A stretch of DNA of 64,000 nucleotides from Octopus vulgaris (taxonomy: Eukaryota): NCBI GenBank assembly GCA_951406725.2, contig OX597822.1, positions 46,996,001 to 47,060,000 on the forward strand, in the 5' to 3' direction. This document shows, one piece after another, positions 50,246 to 64,000 of this stretch. A model generated the notes under the pieces. That model made no database searches. It was given only the letters and a program-made list of their open reading frames with translations, and had not been told where the DNA came from. Position 1 is the stretch's first letter, and every line of letters begins with the position of its first letter. Both the position numbers and the translations under genes were made by a program.

Positions 50246-52899
50246 GTGAGGATTTATCTTTAATTATTCTCCACTGTTTGCGACATTTTTGTTGTTTCTC
50301 TTCGGGGTTAGCCTTAATTTGCAGACCTCTGACCCATCCTATCTTCCACGGACCACTTGATAGTAATGTAATTTGAGAGTGATTTGGCTTTTATTTTTAG
50401 CAGGGCAGACAACCACTTAGAGGCTCTTGTAGCCATGTTATGATGTTGCTTAGTGTTCTTTTACTTGTTTCAGTTATTTTGACTGCAGCCATGCTGGAGC
50501 ACTGCCTTTAATTGAGCAAATCGACCCCAGGACTTTTGCAGAACTGCTAAATTACGGGGACATAAATGCACCTGCATCAGTTGTCAAGCTATGTTGGAAG
50601 GGACAAACACAGACACAAACATATACACACACACATACATATGTAAATATATATGACGAGCTTCTTTCAGTTTCTGTCTACCAAATCCACTCTCAAGGCT
50701 TTGGTTGGCCCAAGGCTATAGTAGAAGACACTTGCACAAGGTGCCACACAGTGGAACTGAACCCAAAATCATGTGGTTGGTAAGCAAGTTACTTACCACA
50801 CAGCCACCTCTGCACCTAGTAGCAGATTTTTGATCCAAAGCTTTTCAGCGATGATTATCTCCTCTCCCATCCAGACATCATCATATAACATCCATGCTCT
50901 ATGCTGGTGTGGTTTGGGTGGTTTGACAGGATCCAATGAATCCAAAGGACTGCATCAAACTCGAATCTTTACTTTGACATGGTTTCTGCGGTTGGATGCC
51001 CTTCCTAATGACAAATCACTTTACAGCATGTGCAGGGTACCTTTATCGTGTCACTGGCTCTAGTGAGGTTGCCATACATCTTGTCATCATCATCATCATT
51101 TTACTTCCCACTTTCTATGCTGCCAAGAGTTGAATGATTCAACAGGACCCAGCGCCTCAGTTTTTGTAGGATTTCCACAGCGAGATGGCTTTCTTAATGC
51201 TAACCACTTTACAGAGTATTTGTTTTTGTGTCCCCCGGCAATAGTGAAGATCGTTTTGTAAAAGGTAAGACCATAAACCCACCCCACTGAAAGAAATGAG
51301 TGAGAGAAAGAGGCAGGAGTTGATTTGAAATGAGGCAATGAAAAGGTGAAATATGATGATGGGAATAAGTGGTTAAGAAGTTTGTTTTGAAACCACATGG
51401 TTTCAGGTTCAGTGCCACTTTGTGACACATTTGGACAGTGTTTTCTACTGTAGCTCTGAGCCAACTAAAGCCTTGTAATTGCATTTGGTAGAAGGAAACT
51501 GAAAGAAACCTGCCATGTGTGTGTTTGTGTCTCCTTGTCTTGACATTGTGTGGTAGTTTGTAAATGATTGTCACTGTCATTTATTTCCAATATTCCACAA
51601 AAACCTGGCTAGCTATGGGGGAAATATAACCCTTCTTGGAAACAGGTGAGGGTTGCTGACAGGAAGGACATCCAGCTGTATAGAATCTGCTTCAATAAAC
51701 GTGACTGACCCAACTGGCACTCTGTTGGTTACGAAGGTGAGGGTTCCATTTGATCTGATCAGTGGAACAATAGCCTGCTCGTGAAATTAACATGCACGTG
51801 ACTGAGCATTCTATAGATACACGCACTCTTAACGTTATTATCAAGAAGATACAGCGTGATACAGAAAGTGACAAGGCTGACCCTTTTGAATTACAGGTAC
51901 AATTCATTTTTGCCAGTTGAGTAGACTGGAGCAATGTGAACTAAAGAGTCTTGCATTGCTGAGAATTGAACTCAAGGCCTTATGATCGTGAGTCAAATAC
52001 TCTAACCACTGCGCCATGCACCTTCACTGATTGACATAAGGAAGCATGGAAGAGTAGACGTTGAAACGATGATGAAGGTGGAAGAGACAGAGAGAGAGAG
52101 AGGAACAGAGTAGAATGGCGATGGGGTGAGTGTGCATGGGCTACATCACTATGTTAAAGGGACACGAAAGAGAAAGAGATGAGGGCAATAAGAATCTGGA
52201 GAGGTTGAGGGGAAAAGACATTGTAGAATATAGAGGAAAGGGATGTCAATGAAAGTAAGAAAGATGAAGATCAAGCGGGGGTTAATCGCTGGATTCAATG
52301 AGAGAAAAGAGATTGGTTGTGGGGAGAGAGCAGAAGATAAATGTAATTAAAGTATCCCAAGAAAAAAGGGAGCTGTGTGTTGATACATCAAAAACACCCC
52401 AACCTCTCCCTTTGTTAGCGTTCTCTCTGCCATGCTTGCCTGAAAGATCGAGTTTTCTTCAGACATGTGAATTAAATAAATGAGAAGAATAAAACGCTTT
52501 AAAGAAAATATAGAATATCTACCATACGTTATCTCTCGGGAGATATGGATGTTTCGGGGACTATTCGCCTCTTCAGTTGCTGTTGAACGGTAGATAGTTG
52601 AACCATATAATATTCAGCAGTTGTTGGTACATAAATCGATCAAGAAGAGACAAAGGAACGAAGTCACTTTGTATAAGTGTCCGAAGAGCTAGTCACTCGT
52701 TCAACACAGTTTCTATGGTTTATGTAACAAGAGGTGATTTTGAGTCCAACCCTTGTACATAGTATGCAGAGATGGCTCTTATGACAGTCTCCAAAAGTTT
52801 GTGTGTCCAAATAGTAATTAGTTAAGCACAGAAAGCTCCTGTCTAGAGATCGTATTTTTAACATCGTGTTTTTAGAAATTAGGTGTTGGCTTGAATATA

Positions 52900-53260
52900 T
52901 CTGTACTCGTAAAATAGCATCTTTCATGCTAAGGTGATAACATTTCCCTGAATGTTTATGTGTATTTTGTAGAGAACAGTTACTACTCTTCGGAGATGGA
53001 ATTTTGCAAAAAATTTCATTCCAGCAAACGATTCGGTATTTTAAGTTGGATAAGATCCCAAACAAAACTTGTGGTTAACCTTATAATCATCTCAGCTGCG
53101 TAAATCCTCGCCTACAATAGGAAACGCCTACTTGCTACCATCAGGTGGAATATGCTCTAATATTCCCTGCTCAATCATTTTCGTAATTTAATAAGTAAAG
53201 AGAAACAGGGATCCGAAATACGGCAGATGTATGTAATCTTTCAATTTAATACTGGCCATA
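52900..53260 (-). pseudogene. Highly decayed Ty3/Gypsy-like reverse transcriptase fragment
   Basis: Minus strand LRKMIEQGILEHIP..S.*AFPIV..DLR..DDYKVNH...SYP...FAGMKFFAKF resembles the Gypsy RT motifs WASPIV, LR.CGDYK, YPLP and FSKLDL. Confidence 0.55.
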
Positions 53261-53781
53261 TAATCTTTTAGTATAGAGGTGTCTTCAGCGTTGAAGGCAC
53301 ATGGCTTGGTGGTGAGGGGAATTCGGTTCACGATCGTAAGGTCGTGAGTTCAATTCCCGGCGACGCGTTGTCTACTTGAGCAAAACACTTTATTTCACAT
53401 TGCCCCAGTCCACTCAGCTGGTAAAAATGAGTAGTACATGTATTTCAAAGGGCCAGTCTTGTCACACTCTGTGTTACTCTGAATTTCCCTGAGAACTACG
53501 TGTCTGTGGAGTGCTCAGCCACATGAGCGTTAATTTCACGACCAAGCTGTTCCATTGATCGTATCAACTGTAGCCCTCGTCTTCGTAACCGATGGAGGAC
53601 CAGTTATATCTTCAAGGCCAGGCAGAACGGAGTTCTTTAGCTTGACTATTAACATTTACTACATCAAAGGCGGCGAGCTTGGCAGAATCGTTACCGCGCC
53701 AGACAATATGCTTAGCAGCATTTCGTCCGTCTTTACGTTCGGAGCTCAAATTCCATCCTTTTAGGGGTCGATAAAATAAGT

Positions 53782-54165
53782 ACAGTAGAACCTCACAGTA
53801 CGAGTGCCCCATTGTACCAGTAATTTGCTGTACGAGCCGAGATTCGTGCGAATTTTTGTCTTGAAGTACGAACGGAAGGAAATCCACAGTACGAGCACAC
53901 AAAGCATCCCATCTTTAAGGTAATTCTGTTAATAAAACCAGTTTACATATTTCTGTTGCATTCTCTTTTTTTATAACTGTCATTTTACTTGTAACTACAC
54001 CTTTTCTGTTTTAAAACCCATAAGAAATTATTTTTGAGTGTTTTTTTTTTTTTTTGCGGGGGTGGAACAGATTAATTATATTTTAATTAATTTCAATGGG
54101 GAAAATCGATTTGCAAAACGAATAAATCATAAGATGAGCTCGGTCATGGAACGAATAAAATCATA
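53782..54165. mobile_element. Tigger-like MITE truncated by the Penelope insertion
   Basis: Starts tacagtagaacctc with repeated gtacgag motifs and an internal ggaacagattaatt...ttcaatgggg tract typical of Tigger MITEs. Confidence 0.5.
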
Positions 54166-54167
54166 TT

Positions 54168-56160
54168 GCGATAAGAGAGGCGCTATCGTAATTATGAACA
54201 AAACTGAGTATATTTCGGCTTGCGAAGAAGTTTTAAATGACAAAGCTTCATATGAAGAATTAACTGTCGATCCAAACCCCAATTACAGAGAGGAACTTGA
54301 CAAAATAATACTGGCCATATCGAGAACTGTTTTTTTGGTAACCATGGGTGTTTCTTCCTTGTGCCCCAGCATGGCCACAGCTCATGAGCTGAAACTAGAA
54401 TCAATCAATCAATCATATCCCAATATTGACCACAACGAAGGGGTAAAAGCATGCATGGATGCCTTCGAAAATCGGTCAAACAAAAGTATTCCATCAAAAT
54501 TTCTCTGTAAATTATTGAGGTTTGTATTAGAAAGTAACAATGAAATTTAAATAAAGATTTTACTACCAGACCAAGGGTTGCGCCATGGGTACCCCCATGG
54601 CAGTTAATTTCGCTAATGTCTTCATGACGAAATTCGAGACACAGTTACTTGAAGACATTCAAATCCCTTCATGGTCATGAACCAATACTCTGGTTACGGT
54701 TCATTGACGACATATTTTTTGTCTGGGAAGGATTACAGGATAGCTTAATGGACTTCTTGCATTTCTGTGACTGTTATGCTAGAAACTATGGCTTTAAGTC
54801 CAACATAAAATTTACTCTAGATTTTTAAAAACTAGCGTTGAATTTTTGCACACAAAAGTTAAGTTTTCTGGAGGCAGAATAATGACAGAGTTATTTTGCA
54901 AGCTCACGTCATCCCACATTTATCTCCACCGCCGCTCCGATCATCCACGTCATCTTATTCGATCAAATCCGAAATCCTAATTTTGAAGATAAAATGGATT
55001 TGTACTAACATAGGCGATTACTGGAAACATGCAAATGCTTTTGTATATTATGTCAAACGCGGTTGCAGTGAATCACGATTAAAGGAAATAGCTAAGATTA
55101 GCAAAGATAGTCAAACCTACACGCATAATTTTAGCAAACACAATACAATAGAATGACAGAATTCTTTTAGTGATTAACTGGCACCGACATTTCACTGGCA
55201 TTTCAAAAGTGTTGCATGAAAGTTACCAGCATATGGCGAAAAAATATCCTCGCTTCAAACAGATATTTCCTCGGCCGCCTATTGTAGCCTTTAGACGGAA
55301 TAAGAATATAAGAGAATTACTGACCTCTATATCTAACTCCAAGAAAACGAACATTGGAGTATCTGCACGCTGTACCTTAAAGAACAACCGCAAGAGAGGT
55401 AAGCCCTGTTCATTGTGAAACAACATGAGTGAAGTGAATTCCATCAAAAATCTTAACAGATATTATGATTTATACAGAATGTGGAACATGTAAAGATTCC
55501 CATTTGGTTGTACGCTGCAGAATGCACGAAACACTATTTATGTTAGTTGTACAACAGAACAATTAAACAAAAGGTTTAATGGGCACAGATTCAACGTCAG
55601 GCACAATAACAGTAGTTGGACGACAGAACTTGCTGAACATTTCGTTTCAAGCGGCCGCAATTTTGAAGAAGACTTGAAAGTGCATATTCTCAGAAAATAT
55701 TCTCAATCTGCTTCACTTTCACTTCTCAGAATGTATGAGGAGAAATATGTTTGTGGGTTATTAACATCACGCCCTGGGGGAATGAATATGACAGGAGAAT
55801 ATCACCAATTTATACAAAACTGTTTGATCAAATATTCTTCTTTCTCTCTTTTTCCTTTCTTTTTTTTCTGTCGTCTTCTTTTTTCTGTCTTTTTCTTCTC
55901 GCCTGTTATAAAATTGTAACTTAAAAACTGATGATGTCATTCCATCAACGCATGGATGTTGGTTGCTCTCGTTCATACTTTACGTTTAAATTTCTATTAT
56001 TTTGCATTTTATTCAAAATTAAAGAAATTTTATTTAGAACTTGACAAAAACAGACGTACTATTGAAATGTCGTTCAACTTATAAAATATCTTACAATCGA
56101 ATCGTACTCTTCGTCTTGACTGTTTACCTTTGTGAAGAGTTACGTCAATCCTTTTTAAAA
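54168..56160 (+). mobile_element. Decayed Penelope-like retroelement (RT plus GIY-YIG endonuclease), frameshifted
   Basis: DKRGAIVIMNKTEY..CEEVLND..SYEEL..DP (about 54170); QTKGCAMGTPMAVNFANVFM (54567); WLRFIDDIFFVW (54691); PPIVAFRRNKNIRELL; GIY-YIG-like YAAECTKH..YV.CT...LNKRFNGHR (about 55510-55590). 3' HHR and (TAT)n tail. Confidence 0.9.
56037..56075 (+). ncRNA. Hammerhead motif (U3-A8 variant) at the PLE 3' end
   Basis: GAAC-UUGACAA-A-AACAG-acgua-CUAUU-GAAA-UG-UC-GUUC. Stem I GAAC/GUUC is perfect; GUC triplet. Confidence 0.65.
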
Positions 56161-56334
<174 letters not shown>

Positions 56335-57262
56335 TAGCTCTTTGGAAATGGTGGTACCATATTTCTTGGTGCCTATGTTAGAAATAATTATTCATATATT
56401 GTGACAGAATAATAATAATTATTATTATTGAAGGCGACGAGCTGGCTGAATCGTTAGCGCGCTGGACGAAATGCTTAACGGTATTTCTCCCGTTGTTACG
56501 TTCAGAGTTCAAGTTCCGCCAAGGCCGATTTTGCCTTTCACCTTCTCGAGGTTGATAAAAAAAATACCAGTTGAGCACTAGGTATCGATGTGATCGATTT
56601 CTTTCCTCACCTCAAAAACAGCTGGTCTTGTGCTAAAATTTGAAGCCAATGTTTATTACACCACTCCCGACTAATGTAAGCAGGGTATATAATATGAATT
56701 CTTCATCTCAGAAATATAGAATTGTATTACTTTAAAGGGTTTATGTCGAACAAAACAAACTCACTGTTCTGTTTAAACCTACCACTTACTTATCCTATCG
56801 GTTTCTTTTACAGAACGGGGACGTAAGCAAAGCAACACCAGTTGTCAAGCGGGAGGTGGGTGTTAAACACACACGCACACCGACACAAATATATATACAC
56901 GACGGGGTTCCACACAGTCTCCGTGTACCAAATTCACTCACAAGGCATTGGTCAACCCGGGGCTGTAGCAAAAGACACGTGCTCAAGGTGCTGCGCAACG
57001 GGACTGAAGTCGGAAATACGTAGTTACAAAGCAAACTTATTCACCACGCTGTCATGCGTACTGCTGTTTGATACGTTCGATTGAATAATAATTCAAATTT
57101 AAATGCTCATTTTAAATTTAGGATCAGCTGAAATGAGCAGAAACCGCCACGTTACCTGGGGAGGATTCTCCTGTTGTAGACAACAGGTGAGGGTTCCGTT
57201 ACTGAACAATCTGCAGAGTTAATTTGTTGAAACAAATCAAGTATGTCTGGGCGGGTGATATG

Positions 57263-57338
<76 letters not shown>

Positions 57339-58058
57339 AGAGATGAACAGCAGACGATCTTCAGAGAAGAAACTCCACCTCGGACGGGCAAGTGTTTCGG
57401 TCCTTAACTTCTTGCTCTCTAAGGGGACCGGACCACATCGAAACCATGGCTCCTGGGTTTTCCTTCTGCTGGAACTTTTTAACCACTTGGATATCGGAGA
57501 ATTGTGCATTTAAACCGCTTCGAGACTGCATCTAGTTGTAACTCATCTCCGCGTTCTCAGCTTTCAAACTTATAACTATAATTATAACGGTGGTTGTTAT
57601 GGTAACGATGAAACGCCAACACTATCACAATGACTCACACTTTTAGCCGAATCGCTTAGTCACGGGGACGTAAACAAACCAACGCCGTTTCTCACCTTCC
57701 CTCCGTCAAATCGACTTTCCTTGTACACGTGCAAGGCAGCGAGCTGGCAGAAACGTTAGCACGCCGGGCGAAATGCGTAGAGTAGAAAAGATTCCTTGTA
57801 CACGATGCACTACAAGTGAGATGTTAAAGTAATCGCAGAGCAATGTGAAATTAAGCATTTTCGCTCAAGGACATAACGCACTACCCTGTCCAGGGATCGA
57901 AACCACCATCTCGAGATAGTGAGTGCAATACTCTAGCCACTAGCCCACGCGCCTCCACATATCACCACACATGTTTGGGCTGAGACACAAACTACGTCTG
58001 AGTTTCAAAAGGGATTTCGCCATGGCAGACGACAGAATATCGGAAGTAGCTCTCAGTG

Positions 58059-58204
58059 ACTACTACCACCACCACACCATTACTACTACTACTACCACTA
58101 CTACTACCACCACCACCACTACTATCACCACCACCACCACCACCACCACCACCACTACCACTACCACCACCACCACCACTACTATCATTACCACCACCAC
58201 CACC

Positions 58205-58278
<74 letters not shown>

Positions 58279-58308
58279 TACCACCACCACCACCACCACC
58301 ACCATCAC
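58059..58308. repeat. (ACC/ACT)n trinucleotide repeat
   Basis: Directly visible; source of the poly-T, poly-P and poly-V ORFs. Confidence 0.95.
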
Positions 58309-58999
58309 CCCCAGCCTATCTATTAAACTCTCTATGATATCTCTATCGTCCCATAAAACAGACAATCACAGACAAGTGTCATTGTATCCACTCACCGTTG
58401 CCAACCAACAAAGAAAATTTGGTGTCGCGTGGTTACAACATCGTCTGGCTCGACCTGTTCCAACCTATTCCATGTTTTTGCGCACAGTACGTCACTGGTT
58501 TGGTTCGATTTTATAGGTAAGCTCATGTTGTTCATCATTGAATGCTGCGTTATACATGCATACATACATACATACATTTATACATACATACATACATACA
58601 TACATACATACATACATACATACATACATACATACATACATACATACATACATACATTTCTGACGTCATAAGAATTTTATAAACTTTGAGGAGAACGTGA
58701 AATAAGTTGGAGTGGGAGGGAGCACAGTGAACCTCGAAGTACACAAAACTATAAATAATAGCAGACTTCGACCGTTTATATCCAAATAGTGTTTTTAGCC
58801 CCAATATTTACATACTAATAACTTTATATGCTTCGAGATTCACTAAGGTTGCAAGACACAACGAAAATTTTAGGAAAATAAAAATAAGAAATAAGTGGAA
58901 ATTTTACCGGTGAGTGTGTTAAATTATAAGGCACAAAAAGAAAATGACTCTCCCCAGACACAACAGAATATATATATATATATACATACACACACATAC

Positions 59000-59079
<80 letters not shown>

Positions 59080-59081
<2 letters not shown>

Positions 59082-59242
59082 CGCAGGAGGGGCTGTGTGG
59101 TAAATAGCTTGCTTACCAACCACATGGTTCCGGGTTCAGTCCCACTGCGTGGCACCTTGGGCAAGTGTATTCTACTATAGCCTCAGGCCGACCAAAGCGT
59201 TGTAAGTGGATTTGGTAGACGGAAACTGAAAGAAGCCCGTCG

Positions 59243-59283
<41 letters not shown>

Positions 59284-59465
59284 ATGTTTGTGTGTCTGTG
59301 TTTGTCCCCCTAGCATTGCTTGACAACCGATGCTGGTGTGTTTATGTCATCGTCACTTAGCGGTTCGGCAAAATAGACCGATAGAATAAGTACTGGGCTT
59401 ACAAAAACTAAGTCCCGGGGTCGAGTTGCTCGACTAAAGGCTGAAACAAGTAAAAGAGTAAAGAG

Positions 59466-59467
<2 letters not shown>
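59080..59467 (+). mobile_element. tRNA-derived SINE family A, full-length copy
   Basis: Head ggcgcaggag.ggctgtgtggtaa...ggttccgggttcagtccc (A/B boxes), central (TA/TG)n, tail gactgaaacaagtaaaaga. Other copies at approximately 600-930+, 5893-6250+, 10575-10860-, 16620-16975-, 30820-31182+, 35330-35675-, 37385-37742-, 44965-45310+, 50455-50815-, 56770-57060-, 62850-63205+. Confidence 0.9.
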
Positions 59468-59501
<34 letters not shown>

Positions 59502-60095
59502 TGCATGTACAAATGTGTGTGAGCGCATGTATGTGCATGTTTGCACGTATGTGTATGTATGTGTGTCTGCGCGTGCGTATGTAATAAGAAGCACCAACCT
59601 AACAATAGATGATCATCTCTTCGAATTCGTTTCAACAGTTTCTAGTTTCACGCAAAACTTCATAAACTGGGTTGGCCAAAAAAAGTCCGTTCGGTTTTTT
59701 GTCGATACTAAACTTCAGTCTGTCCCTTGCACATGCGCACTCGTTAGATAGTTGACACTTCAACGAAGCTCGAACTTGCAAGGAGAGAAGTAGTATTTTG
59801 TTTGCTTGGGAATCACTCTGGAAATGAACCAAAACGAACATTATGATGTAAATTACCAAAGGCGACACAAGTGGCTCTCGGTTCCTGAGTTTCTTTGGTG
59901 ACCGATTAACATATGCAGGACGAATTAATAAATCCGCCACTTTTTATTTGACTGATGCTTTTTCTATTGGCAACATGACAAATTCAGAACTGTTCGAGTT
60001 TGTATTTACGTGTTCATATGTATAATGTATGCCTTGTACTTCATGTCATAGCCCAGATTTTCTTTTTTCAGATATTCCTATTTAAATAAATCAAA

Positions 60096-60279
60096 ATGCT
60101 CGATCCACCTGATTTCCAAAAAAGGACAAATGGTTGAAACGCGAATGGTTAGAGTTTTAGCCACTAAAGCTGCTGGATTGTTCAATGTTTCGAGAGATAC
60201 AATCTCTAAAATCGTGTTGGCTTTGCAAAACCAAAGTGAAAACCAGCTCCGACACGCATAATTCTGGACGGAAGGCAAA

Positions 60280-60320
<41 letters not shown>

Positions 60321-61156
60321 AGAACAGCGAGACATATTGTGTCTAAAAACCATCGAACTATGGTAGCAAGAGTAACAATAGAGCTAAACCAATAGTTTGC
60401 CAACCCTATGTCAACCAAAACGATTCATCGTGAGCTCCATAAAACTGGACTTCATGACAAGGCTGCAATCACTAAACCTCTGCTGTCTCCCATCAACATT
60501 GATAAGTGGGGGAAATGGTGTCTAGGCTATCAGAAGTGGTCAATGGTTCAATGGAAATATGTCACGTCTGATAAATCACCACTCACTCCTTCACCCTGTT
60601 CGAGGCGGAGTGTGTGTATGTCTAGAGACATCCCATAGAAGACTTCAACTGTGTGTGGCTCCAACCGAGAAGCATGGAGGTGGCTCTGTGGTTATTTAGC
60701 AGCTATATCATGGAATTATCTTGGGCCTTTAATTATTCAATTAACGCCAAGAATTTTCTGAGTATTTTGGTTGACCATATCCGTCGGCTGTTATAAACGT
60801 TGTTCTTCGATAGCAACGCTGTCTTCCAAGACGATAATGCATCGAGTCACTGCACTGGTTTCGTTTAAAACTACTATGAAGAACAAAGAAATGAAGCAAG
60901 CTCTTCGGATTGGTCCCTACAATCGAACATTTATTGTGCTTTTCAGAGTAGCAGGTGAGGAACCGCTTCCCACCGCCATCGTCACTGAAAGAACTAAAGC
61001 AGGATTTTCACTTGACAAATGGCTCAAAATTCAGAACGTGTACAAATTAATTCCTCGATGTATTCAAGCTGTGAATGATGTCAAAAATGGACCGACTCCA
61101 TATAAAATAAAACTTTCTTTTAATAAGGTGTTTCCATTATTTTGTCCAACCCCTGT
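60096..61156 (+). mobile_element. Decayed Tc1-family DNA transposon
   Basis: Frameshifted transposase motifs: DFQKGQMV, GRKAKL, STKTIHRELHKTGL..AITKPLL, KHGGGSV, FQDDNA, IPRCIQAV..KNGPTPY. Right TIR ggtgtttccattattttgtccaacccctgt at 61127-61156. An (AG)n run is inserted at about 60283-60315. Confidence 0.85.
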
Positions 61157-61182
61157 CTATATGTATGCGCACATATTTGCAA

Positions 61183-61597
<415 letters not shown>

Positions 61598-61671
61598 CTG
61601 CTTTTTTTCTTGTAGAATGTCTTTATGTACAGTGTTGAGGTCAATTTTCCTTCGTATACCCTACATTTCAG

Positions 61672-61958
61672 GGTATGTCAGTGCACACAGCAAGCCAGAC
61701 AAACAGCGGGAACAACGGAACTGTTGCAATCTCACAATGTCACAACAACCTGGCCATTTGTTACAGTGCACCTGACTTCGGATTTCGCGCGCAAAATGAA
61801 TTCACAGCAAGCATGGAGCTTTCTCACCAGCGAAGCGCCCTCTGCTGGCCGCAGAAACACGATAGGCTTGCCTGCAGTCTTTGGGATGTGCCTCCCCTAG
61901 ATTTCTCTCTCAGAAGTAATACTGGTGCACGCATGCGTGGAATTCCTATGGTTGTCCG
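61672..61958 (+). CDS. Probable coding exon of a second, unidentified gene (contains PLDFS, similar to the CtBP-binding motif)
   Basis: Acceptor ttttccttcgtataccctacatttcAG (61670-61671), ATG 61675, frame open to donor CG|GTGAGT at 61959 (the ORF-track stop lies inside the donor). Non-repetitive, GC-richer sequence. Confidence 0.55.
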
Positions 61959-62037
61959 GTGAGTTCGTCGTAAATTAAATTCTGATGTATTCATACGCAG
62001 GATTCTGTAATCAACCTGCTTTTTAGAATATTTGCGC

Positions 62038-62105
<68 letters not shown>

Positions 62106-62130
62106 GTATACATAATTGTGAATCTATACT

Positions 62131-62547
62131 CTTTTACTCTTTACTCTTTTACTTGTTTCAGTCATTTGACTGCGGCCATGCTGGAGCACCGCCTTTTAGT
62201 CGAGCAAATCGACCCCAGGACTTATTCTTTGTAAGCCCAGTACTTATTCTATCGGTCTCTTTTGCCGAACCGCTAAGTGACAGGGACGTAAACACACCAG
62301 CATCAGTTGTCAAGCAATGCTAGGGGGACAAACATAGACACACAAACATATACACACACACTTATATATATATATACATATATACGACAGGCTTCTTTCA
62401 GTTTCCGTCTACCAAATCCACTCACAAGGTATTGGTCGGCCCGGGGCTATAGCAGAAGACACTTGCCCAAGATGCCACGCAGTAGGACTGAACCCGGAAC
62501 CATGTGGTTGGTTAGCAAACTACTTACCACACAGCCACTCCTGCGCC
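62131..62547 (-). mobile_element. tRNA-derived SINE family A, young full-length copy
   Basis: Reverse complement of the family A consensus with CpGs retained; (cttttact)n tail. Confidence 0.9.
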
Positions 62548-62618
62548 TATTCATACATACGTTTATATAAATGCGCTGGTGTGTATGTATAGGTATGTGT
62601 ATAAGATAAAAGTACGCA

Positions 62619-62660
<42 letters not shown>

Positions 62661-62960
62661 TGACAAATAGAATAAGAGATGTCCCTTCTCCCCCAAACAA
62701 AAAAAGACAGAGAGAGAGAGAGAGATTCTTATACAGATTGCTAGACACATACTCTCTCTCTTTCTATATGTAAATGTGCGCGAGTGTGAGCGCACGCGCT
62801 GTCCAAAAGAAGGACGACACTATTTTGAATTCCTTTCCTAGATACAGCTGTGCGGTTAAGATACTTGCTTTACAGTCACATATTTTTGAGTTCGTCCCCT
62901 TGAGCAAGTGACTTCTATAGCCCCGGGATGACCGAAGCCCGTCGTATATATATATGCATT

Positions 62961-63013
<53 letters not shown>

Positions 63014-63424
63014 GTATTTGTCCTCTCTCCCATTGTTTGACAGCCGACGTTAGTTTGTTTGCATTCTCGTAACTGAGCGATTCGGCGAAAGTGGCCAATA
63101 GTTTAAGTACCAAACTTTAAAATTTCGATATGTTCGACTAAAACCCGCCAAGGCGGTGCCCCAGCATGGCCGTAGTCCAGTGGCTGAAACAAGTAAAATA
63201 TGAAAGATAATGGCAATCTTAAATATGTCTAATTTATAATAGCATCAAAATGACATATAAAACATATGTAACAGACAAAAAAAAATGTTTGGTTTTCCTC
63301 TTGTATGTTAGTCTCCATGTCTGCTCTTTCCATTTAGTCAAAACATTCAGTTGCATTTCTCCTTCTCTATGCTTTTTGCTCTTCTCTTTCCTCTCCTCTC
63401 AATGCACCTCTATTTCATTTCTGA

Positions 63425-63504
<80 letters not shown>

Positions 63505-64000
63505 CCTCTCTCTTTCTCTCTCTCTTCTCTCTCGCTCTTTCTCCCTCTCTCTTTCTCTCTCTCTCTCACACACACGCATTCTCTCTCTCTTTCACGCTCT
63601 CTCTCACACACACATTCTCTCTCTCACTCTCTCTCTCTCACACACACACGCGCACACTCACACACATATACACGTACATACACACATACCCACACAAGCA
63701 TATATATATGTACACACACGCACACACATACATACACACAGCCATATACAGGTAAATATTTTCATTCTTGTTTAACCGTACACACAAAAGTGCATCCACA
63801 GATTACTTACATACATAAATACACGCACACATAAACAAAATTCAACACAGTCGACTCCATTGAGAATGATGTGTCGAAAATATTGATGGAACTAAAAATT
63901 AAAACAGCCACCACGTTAAAATACAACCGGCGAAATATTCTTTATGGAGGACCACATGACAAAATATGATCCGTTGTCGAAATCATTTGCCCTCTTGGCA

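Noticed and set aside
55926-55975. CTGATGA followed by a hairpin in the PLE 3' region
   Set aside because: No GAAA or cleavage triplet follows. The credible HHR is at 56037-56075.
57971-58516. 181-aa mucin-like poly-Thr ORF
   Set aside because: Produced by an (ACC/ACT)n repeat; the flanks are SINE and non-coding sequence.
59665-59700. Left TIR of the Tc1 element
   Set aside because: Only partly matches the right TIR at 61127-61156; more likely the end of a different mariner-type element.

Overview
This is eukaryotic, AT-rich, repeat-dense DNA. The SINE families and microsatellite load point to a coleoid cephalopod, most likely Octopus (inferred, not verified). Nearly all ORFs in the supplied track are microsatellite or SINE artefacts. 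One complete spliced gene is visible on the + strand: a CYSTM1-like proline/glutamine-rich protein with a cysteine-rich tail (coding exons 42974-43296 and 47998-48100, 141 aa). It has a candidate TATA/CRE/CCAAT promoter and first exon at about 21.5-21.8 kb and a SINE-free 3' UTR running to about 50.2 kb. A probable coding exon of a second gene lies at 61672-61958. The rest is several tRNA-derived SINE families, decayed Penelope-like (PLE), RTE, Tx1/L1-like, Gypsy, Tc1/mariner and Helitron remnants, and hAT/Tigger-like MITEs. The most striking feature not explained by the ORF track is a set of minimal type I hammerhead ribozyme (HHR) motifs. These include a 358-nt tandem repeat with two sense-strand HHRs (retrozyme-like) about 0.8 kb upstream of the first CYSTM1 coding exon, canonical and U3-A8 variant HHRs in PLE ends and short (TA)n-anchored elements, and a PLE 3' end that combines a tRNA-like segment, an HHR and a 193-bp fold-back. 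All calls were made by eye; no searches or folding programs were run.
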